A stretch of 60,263 nucleotides of DNA from Ruminococcus sp. (GTDB taxonomy: Bacteria; Bacillota; Clostridia; Oscillospirales; Ruminococcaceae), in assembly GCA_017513795.1 (NCBI GenBank), contig JAFXEJ010000102.1, positions 1 to 60,263 of the forward strand, given 5' to 3'. The translations under genes were made by a program, and so were the position numbers. Under the pieces are notes generated by a model. That model saw nothing but the letters and a program-made list of their open reading frames with translations. It was not told the origin of the DNA and searched no databases. Positions 28,061 to 37,714 of this stretch are shown here, one piece after another. Position 1 is the stretch's first letter; every line of letters starts with the position of its first letter.

Positions 28061-31000
28061 TTAGGATTCGGGAAGCGCCGGAATGAGCTTCAGAAGGTAT
28101 TTCTGAATTGCAAGAGCGTCCAGATTTGTGAGGTTATCACCGACATTAGAAACGTCGCCGTTTGTTACGCCCTGTGATGTGATATGAAGCTTGTCAGTTC
28201 CGTTTACGCCGTAAGAATCGGGATTGCCGAGAACCTGCATGATAAGAACGGCATCAGAAAGAGATACGTTTCCGTCGCAGTTAGCGTCACCGTAAAGAGG
28301 CTTGTCGGGCTGAGGTTCTGTAGTAGTTGTGGTAGTCGTGGTTGTTGTCGTAGTAGTGGTTGTGGAAGTTGTTGTTGTCACAATTGGAGCAGCTTCTTCC
28401 TTAGCCATTACAGTATAGTTGATAACGTATCCGGTCATGCCGTTAGTGCCTAAGCTAACGGATTCGCCGCTTTTAACGTCCTTTTCGTATACATTGAAAG
28501 TTACTTCGTTGCTGCTCTGAGCAGTCATGGAAGTTTTTGTCCATCCGTCGAGCCATGAAGGAACGGAGTTGTTTTCTTCAACTCTTGAATCAAGGAGAAT
28601 ATAAACTGTCATATCCTTTGCTGCGGAGAAATATCCGAGATCGCCGGAAGCGTTCTTGGAATCGCATGCTGTGAGGATAGCTTCAGAGCCGATAAGCTCA
28701 TCGGGGAGAGCTGAATAAGTGAAATCACGGTCGCCGAAAACGGGGCTGCCGACATTGACATTCTTTTCTATCTTCCAGTCAGGGCGGTTATCGGTGTCCT
28801 GAACGATAAGTCCCTTGATAAGATCGCCGTCAACAGCGTCAATTTTAACTTCAACGATCCATTTCTGATCTGCGCTGTCATTGCATTCCCACTGAATAGC
28901 GGTTGTGCCTTCGTCCTTGGATGCTGCGCTGATGCCTACACAGCTTGCATCTCTTGTATTCTTTGTGCAGATCGTATAAGTTCCGTCGTCATTTTTAACG
29001 AACTTGAACGACTGAGCGTCACTGTCAGTATCGGTGTAGATACCGATATTTGTGCCGTTGTCAGCCTTGCCGTAATCGAGATCGAGCATAAATGTCTTGC
29101 CGTCGCCGACCTCTGAGTAGATTTTGTAGTATCCGCCGCCAGCGTCAACGAGAGTCCAGCTCTGACCTGAATCTGACTGAATAACGTCAGTTCCGGCTGC
29201 GGCTGTTCCGCCGGCAACTTCGAGGTAAAGACCGCTGTTTACGTTCTTGAAGCGGTATTTTTCGTTTGTATTGAAAGCTGTTCCTGTCTTGGGAGGAGCA
29301 GCGATGCCTGTTGAATTTACAACTCCCTCTGGTCTTGCGGGGAGATCATATCCTGTTCCGAGGAAAAAGCTTGTGTGGGGCGGCTGATTATATGCTGTAT
29401 TCTGTGAGGAAACCTGCATACGGTACTGAGCGTCGTGCATGAGAGTTGTAATGCGGTAGTCAGTAGCATAAGGTGTGCAGTAAATTCTCACGCCGTCGTT
29501 TGTAGATTTTCTCACGATAAGTTCTTCACGCCAGTCACCGAAGATATCAGCTGAGAGACAAGGGTTAGCCTTTGTTGAGTTGTTTGTTGCACATCCGTCA
29601 GTAGTAAGGAGATCTTTTGTAGCGTCAAGAGCGGTCAGCTTTGAAATAGTTGCCGGAGCATTATCCTTACCGTCGAGAAGCTCACGTTCAAGGTCTCCGT
29701 CCCAGTAGATAAGGAAGTTCATGGCTGGTGTCTTGCTGCCCACCTTATTTCCGCTGGAATTGAGAGTTCCGCCGGTGTAAGGTCCCCAGAATTCTGAGCC
29801 GGGATTGAGAGCTGTAACGTTTCCGGCGCCGCAGCGTCCTGTATCCTTTGTACCGTCCTGATGGAAGATTATCTTGCCGGTCTTAGCTTCTATAAGACTT
29901 ACGCCCCAGCCGGATGATTTATCCTCGTGGCATACCCAGAGTTCCTGACCTGATTTTGCTGGATCAAAATCACTGAGATGCATAGCGTCACCGTGACCGA
30001 GATTTGTGCACCATAGTGCCTTGCCGTTGTCGTCAATACAAGTTGCGCCTGTGATGATTTCCTGTTTGCCGTCGCCGTCAACGTCAGCGGGCATACTGTT
30101 GTGGTTACCGTCGCTGTATCCGGCAGCAGAGCTGTTGTTTCCGGTGTCAAAGAGCCACTTCTTAACGAGCTTTTTGTTTTCAACGCCATAGCAGGCAGCT
30201 GTCATTCGTGTATAGTATCCACGTCCTGTTACAACACAGGGGTGAACGCCGTCAGCGTACATTACAGAGCCCCAGAAACGGTCAACACGGTTTCCGTAGT
30301 TATCGCCCCATTTTGAGACTTCGCCACGCTGAGGTTCATAATCAATAGTATCGAGAGCTGCGCCTGTAGCTCCGTCAAAGAGGGTGTAGTACTCCGGACC
30401 GGAGAGGATATATCCATCGGAGTTGCGGTAATCCTTGGAAGCGTCGCCTATAACTTTTCCTGTACCGTCAACTGTTCCGTCGGCTGTTTTGCAGGTCATT
30501 TCTGCAATTCCGTCCAGATCGAAGTCTGCAACATAGAACTGAGTGTAATGTGCGCCGGCACGGATATTCTTACCGAGGTCGATGCGCCATACTCTTGTTC
30601 CGTCAAGTCTTATACAGTCAATGTAGACATTGCCTGTAACTCCTCCTTTGGAGTTGTCCTGAGAGTTATTCGGATCCCACTTGAGGAAAAGCTCATACTG
30701 ACCGTCGCCGTCTATGTCGCCTACTGACATATCATTAGGTCTGTAAGTGATTCCTGAAGCCGTCGGGGGCTGAAGCGGGATATCAAAATAGCTGTTGTTT
30801 GAGATAAGACGGCAGTCATCCGAGCTTACTACCTTTCCGCCTGAGAGGGTATCGACACGGTAAGAGGAAGTGTTCTTGCCGTTTTTATCAAGATAGCATG
30901 TGGACTTGCCGTTTTCGCTTGTATAGATAAGTTCGCCGTCACGATAGAGGTTAAAGACAGCATCATCGTCATCATTTGCAAGAAATCGCCAGCTTACGAG

Positions 31001-31177
31001 CATTCCTGAGCCGGTGTTTATTGCGCAGACGCCTCTGTCAAGGTATTCAAGCACATTTGTAGTTTGTGCAGCAGAGACATCGAGAGGGAGTGATGTCTCT
31101 GCCGGTATGGATATAGCTGATGTTCCTATAAGCAGAGCTGCTGCTGATGCGGTTAATCTTTTTATATTCTTGTTCAT
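28061..31177 (-). CDS. Cellulosomal rhamnogalacturonan lyase (PL11, YesW/YesX-like) + CBM13 ricin domain + extra module + Thr linker + dockerin
   Basis: EYLDRG, NIRAGAHY, GNRVDRF, RGYYTR, HGDAMH, GDWREE, YNQPPH; QxW repeats; GDANCDG...DALAIQ dockerin. Confidence 0.92.
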   Translation of the reverse strand: MNKNIKRLTASAAALLIGTSAISIPAETSLPLDVSAAQTTNVLEYLDRGVCAINTGSGMLVSWRFLANDDDDAVFNLYRDGELIYTSENGKSTCYLDKNGKNTSSYRVDTLSGGKVVSSDDCRLISNNSYFDIPLQPPTASGITYRPNDMSVGDIDGDGQYELFLKWDPNNSQDNSKGGVTGNVYIDCIRLDGTRVWRIDLGKNIRAGAHYTQFYVADFDLDGIAEMTCKTADGTVDGTGKVIGDASKDYRNSDGYILSGPEYYTLFDGATGAALDTIDYEPQRGEVSKWGDNYGNRVDRFWGSVMYADGVHPCVVTGRGYYTRMTAACYGVENKKLVKKWLFDTGNNSSAAGYSDGNHNSMPADVDGDGKQEIITGATCIDDNGKALWCTNLGHGDAMHLSDFDPAKSGQELWVCHEDKSSGWGVSLIEAKTGKIIFHQDGTKDTGRCGAGNVTALNPGSEFWGPYTGGTLNSSGNKVGSKTPAMNFLIYWDGDLERELLDGKDNAPATISKLTALDATKDLLTTDGCATNNSTKANPCLSADIFGDWREELIVRKSTNDGVRIYCTPYATDYRITTLMHDAQYRMQVSSQNTAYNQPPHTSFFLGTGYDLPARPEGVVNSTGIAAPPKTGTAFNTNEKYRFKNVNSGLYLEVAGGTAAAGTDVIQSDSGQSWTLVDAGGGYYKIYSEVGDGKTFMLDLDYGKADNGTNIGIYTDTDSDAQSFKFVKNDDGTYTICTKNTRDASCVGISAASKDEGTTAIQWECNDSADQKWIVEVKIDAVDGDLIKGLIVQDTDNRPDWKIEKNVNVGSPVFGDRDFTYSALPDELIGSEAILTACDSKNASGDLGYFSAAKDMTVYILLDSRVEENNSVPSWLDGWTKTSMTAQSSNEVTFNVYEKDVKSGESVSLGTNGMTGYVINYTVMAKEEAAPIVTTTTSTTTTTTTTTTTTTTTEPQPDKPLYGDANCDGNVSLSDAVLIMQVLGNPDSYGVNGTDKLHITSQGVTNGDVSNVGDNLTNLDALAIQKYLLKLIPALPES

Positions 31178-31338
31178 AAGTAATTCCCCATTTCAATAAA
31201 TTTTAAACCGGTGAAAAAAATTATTAATTGAATTGCCTATGTTTATATTATACAGAAATTCTCAAAATAAAACAATACAATATTGTATCTTTTTGAGAAG
31301 ATTATTTTCAAAAGGCAGTATAAATGTGTAAAATAGTC

Positions 31339-31367
31339 TTGCAAAATTGTGATATATATGATATAAT
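31339..31367 (+). promoter_or_regulatory. sigmaA-type promoter of regulator gene
   Basis: TTGCAA-17-TATAAT with TG extension. Confidence 0.7.
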
Positions 31368-31398
31368 AGTATACAGCGAAGAACGAAGGGAGGATATC

Positions 31399-33612
31399 AT
31401 GAAAAAAAGACTTCTTATTGGTGTGATAATTACTGACTGCGATAAAGTTTTTCAGGAAGAACTGCTTCGGGGTATTATAAAGCAGGCTTTCAAGGGAAAT
31501 ACTGATATCGCTATAATAACCACGATGCATAATTTCTTTTATGATACATCGCATAAAAATACAGATAAGTATATCTGCGATCTGGCGTTTTCTGATAAAT
31601 TCAGCGGTTTTCTCTATGCACGAAATACATTCAGCGATGACAGAATACGAAAATATATAGACGATATTCTTCTTATGTCGGGAAAACCCGTTATGCTTCT
31701 TGATTCCTCCGGACACAGGAATTTCGAAACTACAGCGATAGACGATTGTTCTGCTTTTGAAAAGATTACTGACCACCTTATCGAAGCTCACGGGTACAGA
31801 AAAATATACTGCATTACCGGACCAAAAGGCATTTTTATTTCTGAGGAACGTCTTAAAGGCTACAGGAATTCCATGAAGCTTCATGGTATACCTGTTGAAA
31901 AATCATACTGCCGCTACGGCGATTTCTGGAAGGATGCTTCTAAAGCTCTGGCTGCGGAAATAATTGAAGGAAAAATCAGCCGTCCGGAAGCCGTTGTCTG
32001 CGGAAATGACGTCATGGCAATGGAACTTATCAGCTCGCTTACTGCCGGAGGAATAAGAGTTCCCGAGGATATCGCCGTTACAGGCTATGATGCGTCCGAG
32101 GAAGCAAAGAAATTTACTCCTTCGGTAACTACATACAGACGTCCTAATTTTCAGCTTGGTGCAGAGGCATTCCGCCGGCTTTACAGAATAATCACGGGCA
32201 AAATATGCAGTATGATCCCGAACGAAAGAGGCTCGATCTGCTTAGGCGGAAGCTGCGGCTGTTCTGCAACAGATAACGTCCGCCACGAGGATACAAGACG
32301 TAAAAAAATGGAAAGTACACTGGAATCATATCTGCTTTACGGCGATATGCTTTTCGATATTACAAATACTGACAGCCTTTCTGTTTTTGCTGATAAGCTT
32401 GATAATTACACTTATTTAATATATAAAAGATCACGTCTGAGAATCTGTCTTACAAAAAATTATATAGAATCCACTATGGGTATATATAATGATAAGCTTG
32501 GATTCCACTGCGGTGATGAAATGAAAATAATCCTGTCAAAAAATGTGACGAACAGAAGCTATGATGATATCAGCGATTATTTTAGTTCAGCAGAGATACT
32601 TCCGGAATACGACAGCGACAGGAATTATCCGACAGCATATTATATTTCGCCGCTTCACTATAACGATAACTTTTTCGGATACTGCGCTGTTTCTTTTGGT
32701 AAGAACCCGATGGCATACGGCAGTTCCTACCTCCAGTGGATAAATTATGTCAACGTAGCATTGGAGCAGGTGCGTATCAAGGGTATCCTGTCAAATAATA
32801 TTCTCAAAAGCAATATGTCGATGCTTTACGACGCCGGAACTGAGCTTCTCAATCGAGGCGGAATAGAACAGGAACTTCTGCGTCATCGTGAGCTTTTCAG
32901 CACTGATACTGCGGCAGAGATCATTACTATCGAACTTGCCGGAATCAATAAGATATACTACAGCAGCGGCGAGGAAAAATGCAGCAGTATTCTGCGCTCT
33001 TTTGCGGATGTTCTGAAGAAATGCGTGAAGGATAATGAAATCTGCGGACTGTGGAATAATAATACCTTGTGCGTGATATCCCGTGACAGGAAACGTGCCG
33101 GCGAGATATTTGAGTTCTTCCGCAATGAGGTCGAGGAAAGCCGTTTCTCTGATGATAATTTCAATATAGATTTTTCTGTCGGACTCTACAGCGTTGCTCT
33201 TACGGAAGAAGTGAATTTCGGCGGAGCTGTTTATCAGTCTATGGTAAATAAGGTGTTCAGCTATAATAATGCGGAAAATCTTGAAAATCCTCAGTATGAG
33301 AAGCTCTGCGCCCTCAGAAGCAGTATCAGAAAAGATCCTGCTTATCCATGGAAAATAAGCGAGATCGCTGACAGTCTTTATCTCAGTAAAAGCTATCTGC
33401 AAAAAATATATAAGACGTTCTTCAATAAGAGTATTATCGAGGAAATGATAGAATTCAGAATAGATATGGCAAGAAAACTTCTTGAAGAAACTCAGCTGAC
33501 TGTTACTGAAATTTCAAGAAGATGCGGATATTCTTCGTATAATTATTTCGTCCGCCAGTTCAGAGCAAACGTCGGCTGTACCCCCGTCGAATACCGTGAA
33601 AATTCAGTGTAA
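31399..33612 (+). CDS. Transcriptional regulator: LacI-type sugar-binding domain + degenerate GGDEF + AraC HTH
   Basis: ND.MA..GIRVPEDIAVTGYD; YD..T.LLNR.G; LS.SYL..FK, CGYSSYNYFVRQF...GCTP.EYR; GGAGG RBS. Confidence 0.85.
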   Translation: MKKRLLIGVIITDCDKVFQEELLRGIIKQAFKGNTDIAIITTMHNFFYDTSHKNTDKYICDLAFSDKFSGFLYARNTFSDDRIRKYIDDILLMSGKPVMLLDSSGHRNFETTAIDDCSAFEKITDHLIEAHGYRKIYCITGPKGIFISEERLKGYRNSMKLHGIPVEKSYCRYGDFWKDASKALAAEIIEGKISRPEAVVCGNDVMAMELISSLTAGGIRVPEDIAVTGYDASEEAKKFTPSVTTYRRPNFQLGAEAFRRLYRIITGKICSMIPNERGSICLGGSCGCSATDNVRHEDTRRKKMESTLESYLLYGDMLFDITNTDSLSVFADKLDNYTYLIYKRSRLRICLTKNYIESTMGIYNDKLGFHCGDEMKIILSKNVTNRSYDDISDYFSSAEILPEYDSDRNYPTAYYISPLHYNDNFFGYCAVSFGKNPMAYGSSYLQWINYVNVALEQVRIKGILSNNILKSNMSMLYDAGTELLNRGGIEQELLRHRELFSTDTAAEIITIELAGINKIYYSSGEEKCSSILRSFADVLKKCVKDNEICGLWNNNTLCVISRDRKRAGEIFEFFRNEVEESRFSDDNFNIDFSVGLYSVALTEEVNFGGAVYQSMVNKVFSYNNAENLENPQYEKLCALRSSIRKDPAYPWKISEIADSLYLSKSYLQKIYKTFFNKSIIEEMIEFRIDMARKLLEETQLTVTEISRRCGYSSYNYFVRQFRANVGCTPVEYRENSV

Positions 33613-33622
33613 TCTTAAATTG

Positions 33623-33713
33623 CTGACATACAGTAACTGTGATTCTTTTACAAGAGTTTTCCTTAATAATACACATAAATCTCTATAAGAGAAACACAGT
33701 AACTATACGTCAG
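33623..33713. repeat. Long imperfect inverted repeat between convergent genes
   Basis: 33623-33650 matches the reverse complement of 33686-33713 at 23/28 positions. Confidence 0.7.
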
Positions 33714-33720
33714 TGATTTA

Positions 33721-34884
33721 TCATTTCACGAAAATTTCACGCTGAGTGCCGATATTGCCTTCAAGCTGGTAAGTCACAGTGAAAGTAAGACTTTCATCTG
33801 AATCCGATTCAGTGATTTTTCTGTCAAGGATTTTTTTATCATGGAGAAAATTTTTTTCATACAGATAAATTTTCTGCATAAGTTTCTGGGAGAGTTCTTC
33901 TTTTGTGAAAGTCTGCGGCTGTATATTTGTTTCAGAAAGTTTTTCTTTTTTCATACCGATAGGAAGTTGTTTCCCGAACAATTTCAGATAGCTTTCCGTT
34001 TCTGACGAGTCATAGTCCTTGAAGTCGGTTTTTCTGATATACATAGGTATTTCAAGGCTGAACAGACAAAGGCGGCGTTTTGTTTCTGTTTTTCCGGTGG
34101 AAGTACGTTCCTCGGTGCTATATTCTCCGGTGAAAGTCAGTGTTTCCTTGTAAATTCCTCGTATTTCACCCATTGCATGATGAAGCGTACTATGTCCTGT
34201 ATCATCAGTAGTAACTCCTGTGACAAGGAGAGTTCCGGCAGGAACGTAATCCCCGACCTTGTGCATAAGCATTCCGTCGTATACTGTTGTGTAGGTTATA
34301 TGTGCGTCTTTCGTCGAAATAATATTGCACGGAATTCTTTTCAGTTCGATTTCCGGCTTTTCAACTATTTCGGTAACATCCACTACAACACGGTTTCCGG
34401 TATGCCGGATAGCCGCCCATGATACGCCCTGAACCATGACACGGAGCTCATTTTCGCAGTGATGGAAATTAATGCTGCTTAAAGGAGTTCCTTTTTTTAT
34501 ATCAAGTTCTTCGAGGGCGGCAAGAATAGCCTTATCGCTGACTCTGGAATTTCCGTTTATTTCGATAGTCACCACCACATTTGAGAAATAAAGCGAAGAT
34601 ATCACGACGATAAGTACACCGAAAATAATACCGAGCCGCTTTTTATAGCGGCGGAGCTTACGGGAAATCGTTTCGTATTCAGCGCATGAAAGAGATATTC
34701 CGTAAAGTGAAGCAAGAGCCTCTGTTTCTTTGAGGTCGCAGCGGCGGATATCGGCGTAGAATATATCCTTTTTGACATATTGTCCGCTGCATTTCACGGA
34801 ACTGCTGTGAAGTGCGTTTATAAAGCCGTAAAGATCATTTCCGGCAGCGTTAATTCTTATCCTTCCGGCTATGTTGTTTTTCAT
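33721..34884 (-). CDS. yqfD: Sporulation protein YqfD
   Basis: TM then I.I.GN, P.NII..KD..I, V..G..LV.G, HA.G; follows yqfC. Confidence 0.8.
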   Translation of the reverse strand: MKNNIAGRIRINAAGNDLYGFINALHSSSVKCSGQYVKKDIFYADIRRCDLKETEALASLYGISLSCAEYETISRKLRRYKKRLGIIFGVLIVVISSLYFSNVVVTIEINGNSRVSDKAILAALEELDIKKGTPLSSINFHHCENELRVMVQGVSWAAIRHTGNRVVVDVTEIVEKPEIELKRIPCNIISTKDAHITYTTVYDGMLMHKVGDYVPAGTLLVTGVTTDDTGHSTLHHAMGEIRGIYKETLTFTGEYSTEERTSTGKTETKRRLCLFSLEIPMYIRKTDFKDYDSSETESYLKLFGKQLPIGMKKEKLSETNIQPQTFTKEELSQKLMQKIYLYEKNFLHDKKILDRKITESDSDESLTFTVTYQLEGNIGTQREIFVK

Positions 34885-35146
34885 TTTCTTTTCTGCCCCT
34901 TTCGATAAATTCCACCCGTGATATTTTTCCTCTCACGATAAGTCCCTTTGCCTTGAAATCGTAGGCACGAAGATCACTGCCCCATATCTGGATGTAAAGT
35001 GCTCCGGATACTAGCCGCATGAATATTTCGTTGTATTCTTCGATTCTCTTGCAGTTTTCGATAAGAAGCTCATTATTGCAGTCGAAATATATCTGCGGAT
35101 TAAGATAAAACGTATCCAGACCTTTTTCTTTTATTCTATTGAACAA
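34850..35146 (-). CDS. yqfC: YabP/YqfC family sporulation protein
   Basis: ELLIEN.K.I.EY, I.G..L, G.I..VEF. Confidence 0.8.
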   Translation of the reverse strand: MFNRIKEKGLDTFYLNPQIYFDCNNELLIENCKRIEEYNEIFMRLVSGALYIQIWGSDLRAYDFKAKGLIVRGKISRVEFIERGRKENEKQHSRKDKN

Positions 35147-35225
35147 TCATATCAGCTCCCTTTGTGCGGTGTTGCATTGAGTATAATTTTCTCTTATCAA
35201 TAATATGATTAATCGGGTGATTAAT

Positions 35226-36332
35226 ATGAAGAAAACAGAAGAAAAAGGAATAATTCTGCTGAAATCGGCGGTTCTTCTGACTGCCGTATATTTCTGTGCA
35301 GCGGAAACTGCTCTTGTTAAGTCAGCTGTAACTGACGGTATCGACCGCTGTCTGTCGATAGTCATTCCGTCGCTGTACGCAATGATGATAGTTTCTGTGA
35401 TGATTGTGAAAAGCGGTATTTTAAGCTGTATTCCACGGTTTGCGGGCAGTATTGGGAGAATGCTTTTCGGCATGGGAGCTGAGAATTACGCTGTTTTTGT
35501 ATTCAGTATGTTTGCCGGATATCCAGCCGGAGCAAAAATAATAACGGAGCAGTATTCGTCAGGAAAGATAACGTCACGGGAAGCTTCTCTGCTCTGCGGA
35601 GTATGTTTCGGGGCTGGTCCGGCGTTTATAATGGGATGTATTTCCGGAACGCTGTACGGCTCAGGAACTGCCGGAAAAATCATTATAATTTCCACAATAT
35701 CGGCAAATATACTGACAGCTTTTGCGGTGTCTTTTTTTCTCCGGAGAAGCAGAAATCCGGCAGAAGCTTCGCATCGGCAGATAAATATAAGCGGCAGTCT
35801 GCTGACGGAATCTGTAGTTTCTGCCGGCAGAACGATAGGGGAGCTGTGCTTCATGATAACGGCTTTTTCCGTGATTACTGCAATGCTTGAACGTATGGGA
35901 GCAGTTTCCGCAGCGGCTGGAATTTTCTCGTATGTTTCGGGATTCAGCAGAGAAGTCTCGGAAGCGTTTATTCCGGCGGTACTTGACATAACGGCAGTAC
36001 GGGGACTTCCGGCGGACAATTATGCACTTCTGCCGTGGATATGCGCACTTGTATCATCCGGCGGAATATGTGTGATATTTCAGACAGCGGCGATAATTGC
36101 CGGACGCTTTCCACTGAGGAAGTTCATCTTACTGCGCTGTACAGCATCTGTACTGAGCTTCGGGATATGCCGGCTGATAATGCCATTCATGCTGAGAGAT
36201 GAAATAATTGCTGTTTCGTCGGTAAATATCGGGACTTGCAGTGCGCCTTCGCCTGTTCCGTCAGTAATGCTTCTTCTCATGACGTTCATTATAATGGCTG
36301 AATATGACAAAATAGTAAAAATTCAAAAATAG
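35226..36332 (+). CDS. ylbJ: Sporulation integral membrane protein YlbJ-like
   Basis: G...C...VIPSL, GYPAGAK, GPAFI.G, GG.C..FQ; start uncertain (35205 or 35226). Confidence 0.7.
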   Translation: MKKTEEKGIILLKSAVLLTAVYFCAAETALVKSAVTDGIDRCLSIVIPSLYAMMIVSVMIVKSGILSCIPRFAGSIGRMLFGMGAENYAVFVFSMFAGYPAGAKIITEQYSSGKITSREASLLCGVCFGAGPAFIMGCISGTLYGSGTAGKIIIISTISANILTAFAVSFFLRRSRNPAEASHRQINISGSLLTESVVSAGRTIGELCFMITAFSVITAMLERMGAVSAAAGIFSYVSGFSREVSEAFIPAVLDITAVRGLPADNYALLPWICALVSSGGICVIFQTAAIIAGRFPLRKFILLRCTASVLSFGICRLIMPFMLRDEIIAVSSVNIGTCSAPSPVPSVMLLLMTFIIMAEYDKIVKIQK

Positions 36333-36439
36333 TATGGAAATTATGAGGAAAGTGTGTTATAATAATAAAGTATCACTTTTCCGGTGATTTATGGAAGATT
36401 TTCCATAACCGGAGAGCAGTATATTATTTACGGACAGGA

Positions 36440-37714
36440 GTGTTACCGCCAATGAAATATAACAGAACAGAGCTTGCCGGAAATATCGGTTATTCATCTG
36501 TGATAGACGAAAAGTTCAAAACGAGCTTTCTTACGGTAAGATTCATTACCGTTCTTGGAAAAGAAACGGCAGCTGCAAATGCTCTTGGTATCAGTGCGTT
36601 GTCATCATCAAGCAGAAACTATAACAGCATAGCAAAGCTTAACGAAAAGCTTTCGGCACTTTATGGAGCTTCTCTTGTCAGCTTTACAAGAAAAAGGGGA
36701 GATATCCAGATACTCGGACTGTCCTCCTCATGGATAAACAGCCGATTTGCAATTGACGGCGAAGATCTTGACGGCGAAATGCTGGAATTATTAAGAGGCT
36801 GTATTTTCGAACCCAATGCAGAAGGCGGCGAATTTGAAGCAGATAATTTCCGTATCACAAAGAAGGATCTGCTTGACCGCATCGACGCTGAACTTAACAA
36901 CAAGCGTGGATATGCGATTTCAAGAGCCTCAGAGGTTGCCTTCAAGGGCGAGCCGGCTGAGAATTCATGCTACGGAACGAAAGAAACAGCAGAAGCAGTT
37001 TCTGCAAAGGACGCTTTTGAAGCATACAGCAGACTTCTTGAAACGGCACAGATCGAGATATACTATATTTCCTCCGAGGAAAACGAGCGTATTCCCGAAA
37101 TGTTCCGCAAGGCTTTTGCCGATGTAAAACGTGCTCCGGTAAAAATAGAGTTTGAAGCAAAAAGTCCTGTCAAGGCAGAGACAGCAGAGGTTTCCGACGA
37201 ATTCGACGTAAATCAGTGCAAGATGGTCATGAACTTCAAATCTGACTGCACTGACAAATATGCGCTCAAGTATGTAAGCACGATTTTCGGCGAAACACCG
37301 GTATCCAAGCTTTTTGTCAACGTCCGTGAAAAGCTCAGTCTGTGCTACTACTGCGCTTGCCGCCCGATTACTTCAAAGGGAACTCTTATGGTTGACAGCG
37401 GCGTTGAAAAGGATAATATCGAAAAGGCAAAAACAGAGATTCTTGCTCAGCTTGATGAGATATGCAATGGAAATATCACTGACGATGAAATTCAGAGCGC
37501 AGTACTTTCCTTTGAAAATGCGCTTTCTCAGATAGGCGATACGCCTTCCTCATACGAAGCATACTACTTCGACCGCTTCTGCTATGGAGAAATCATGTCT
37601 CCCGCAGAACAGCTTGCCGAGTACAAGGCGGTTACAAAGGAACGCATTATCGAAGCGGCGAAAACGCTGAAGCTCGACAGCGTTTATCTTATGCTCAATA
37701 AGGAGGCTGAATAA
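36440..37714 (+). CDS. ymfF: M16 peptidase-like, non-catalytic subunit (YmfF-like)
   Basis: KFKT, LYGA, SKLF.NVREKLSLCYY; no HxxEH. Confidence 0.8.
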   Translation: MLPPMKYNRTELAGNIGYSSVIDEKFKTSFLTVRFITVLGKETAAANALGISALSSSSRNYNSIAKLNEKLSALYGASLVSFTRKRGDIQILGLSSSWINSRFAIDGEDLDGEMLELLRGCIFEPNAEGGEFEADNFRITKKDLLDRIDAELNNKRGYAISRASEVAFKGEPAENSCYGTKETAEAVSAKDAFEAYSRLLETAQIEIYYISSEENERIPEMFRKAFADVKRAPVKIEFEAKSPVKAETAEVSDEFDVNQCKMVMNFKSDCTDKYALKYVSTIFGETPVSKLFVNVREKLSLCYYCACRPITSKGTLMVDSGVEKDNIEKAKTEILAQLDEICNGNITDDEIQSAVLSFENALSQIGDTPSSYEAYYFDRFCYGEIMSPAEQLAEYKAVTKERIIEAAKTLKLDSVYLMLNKEAE

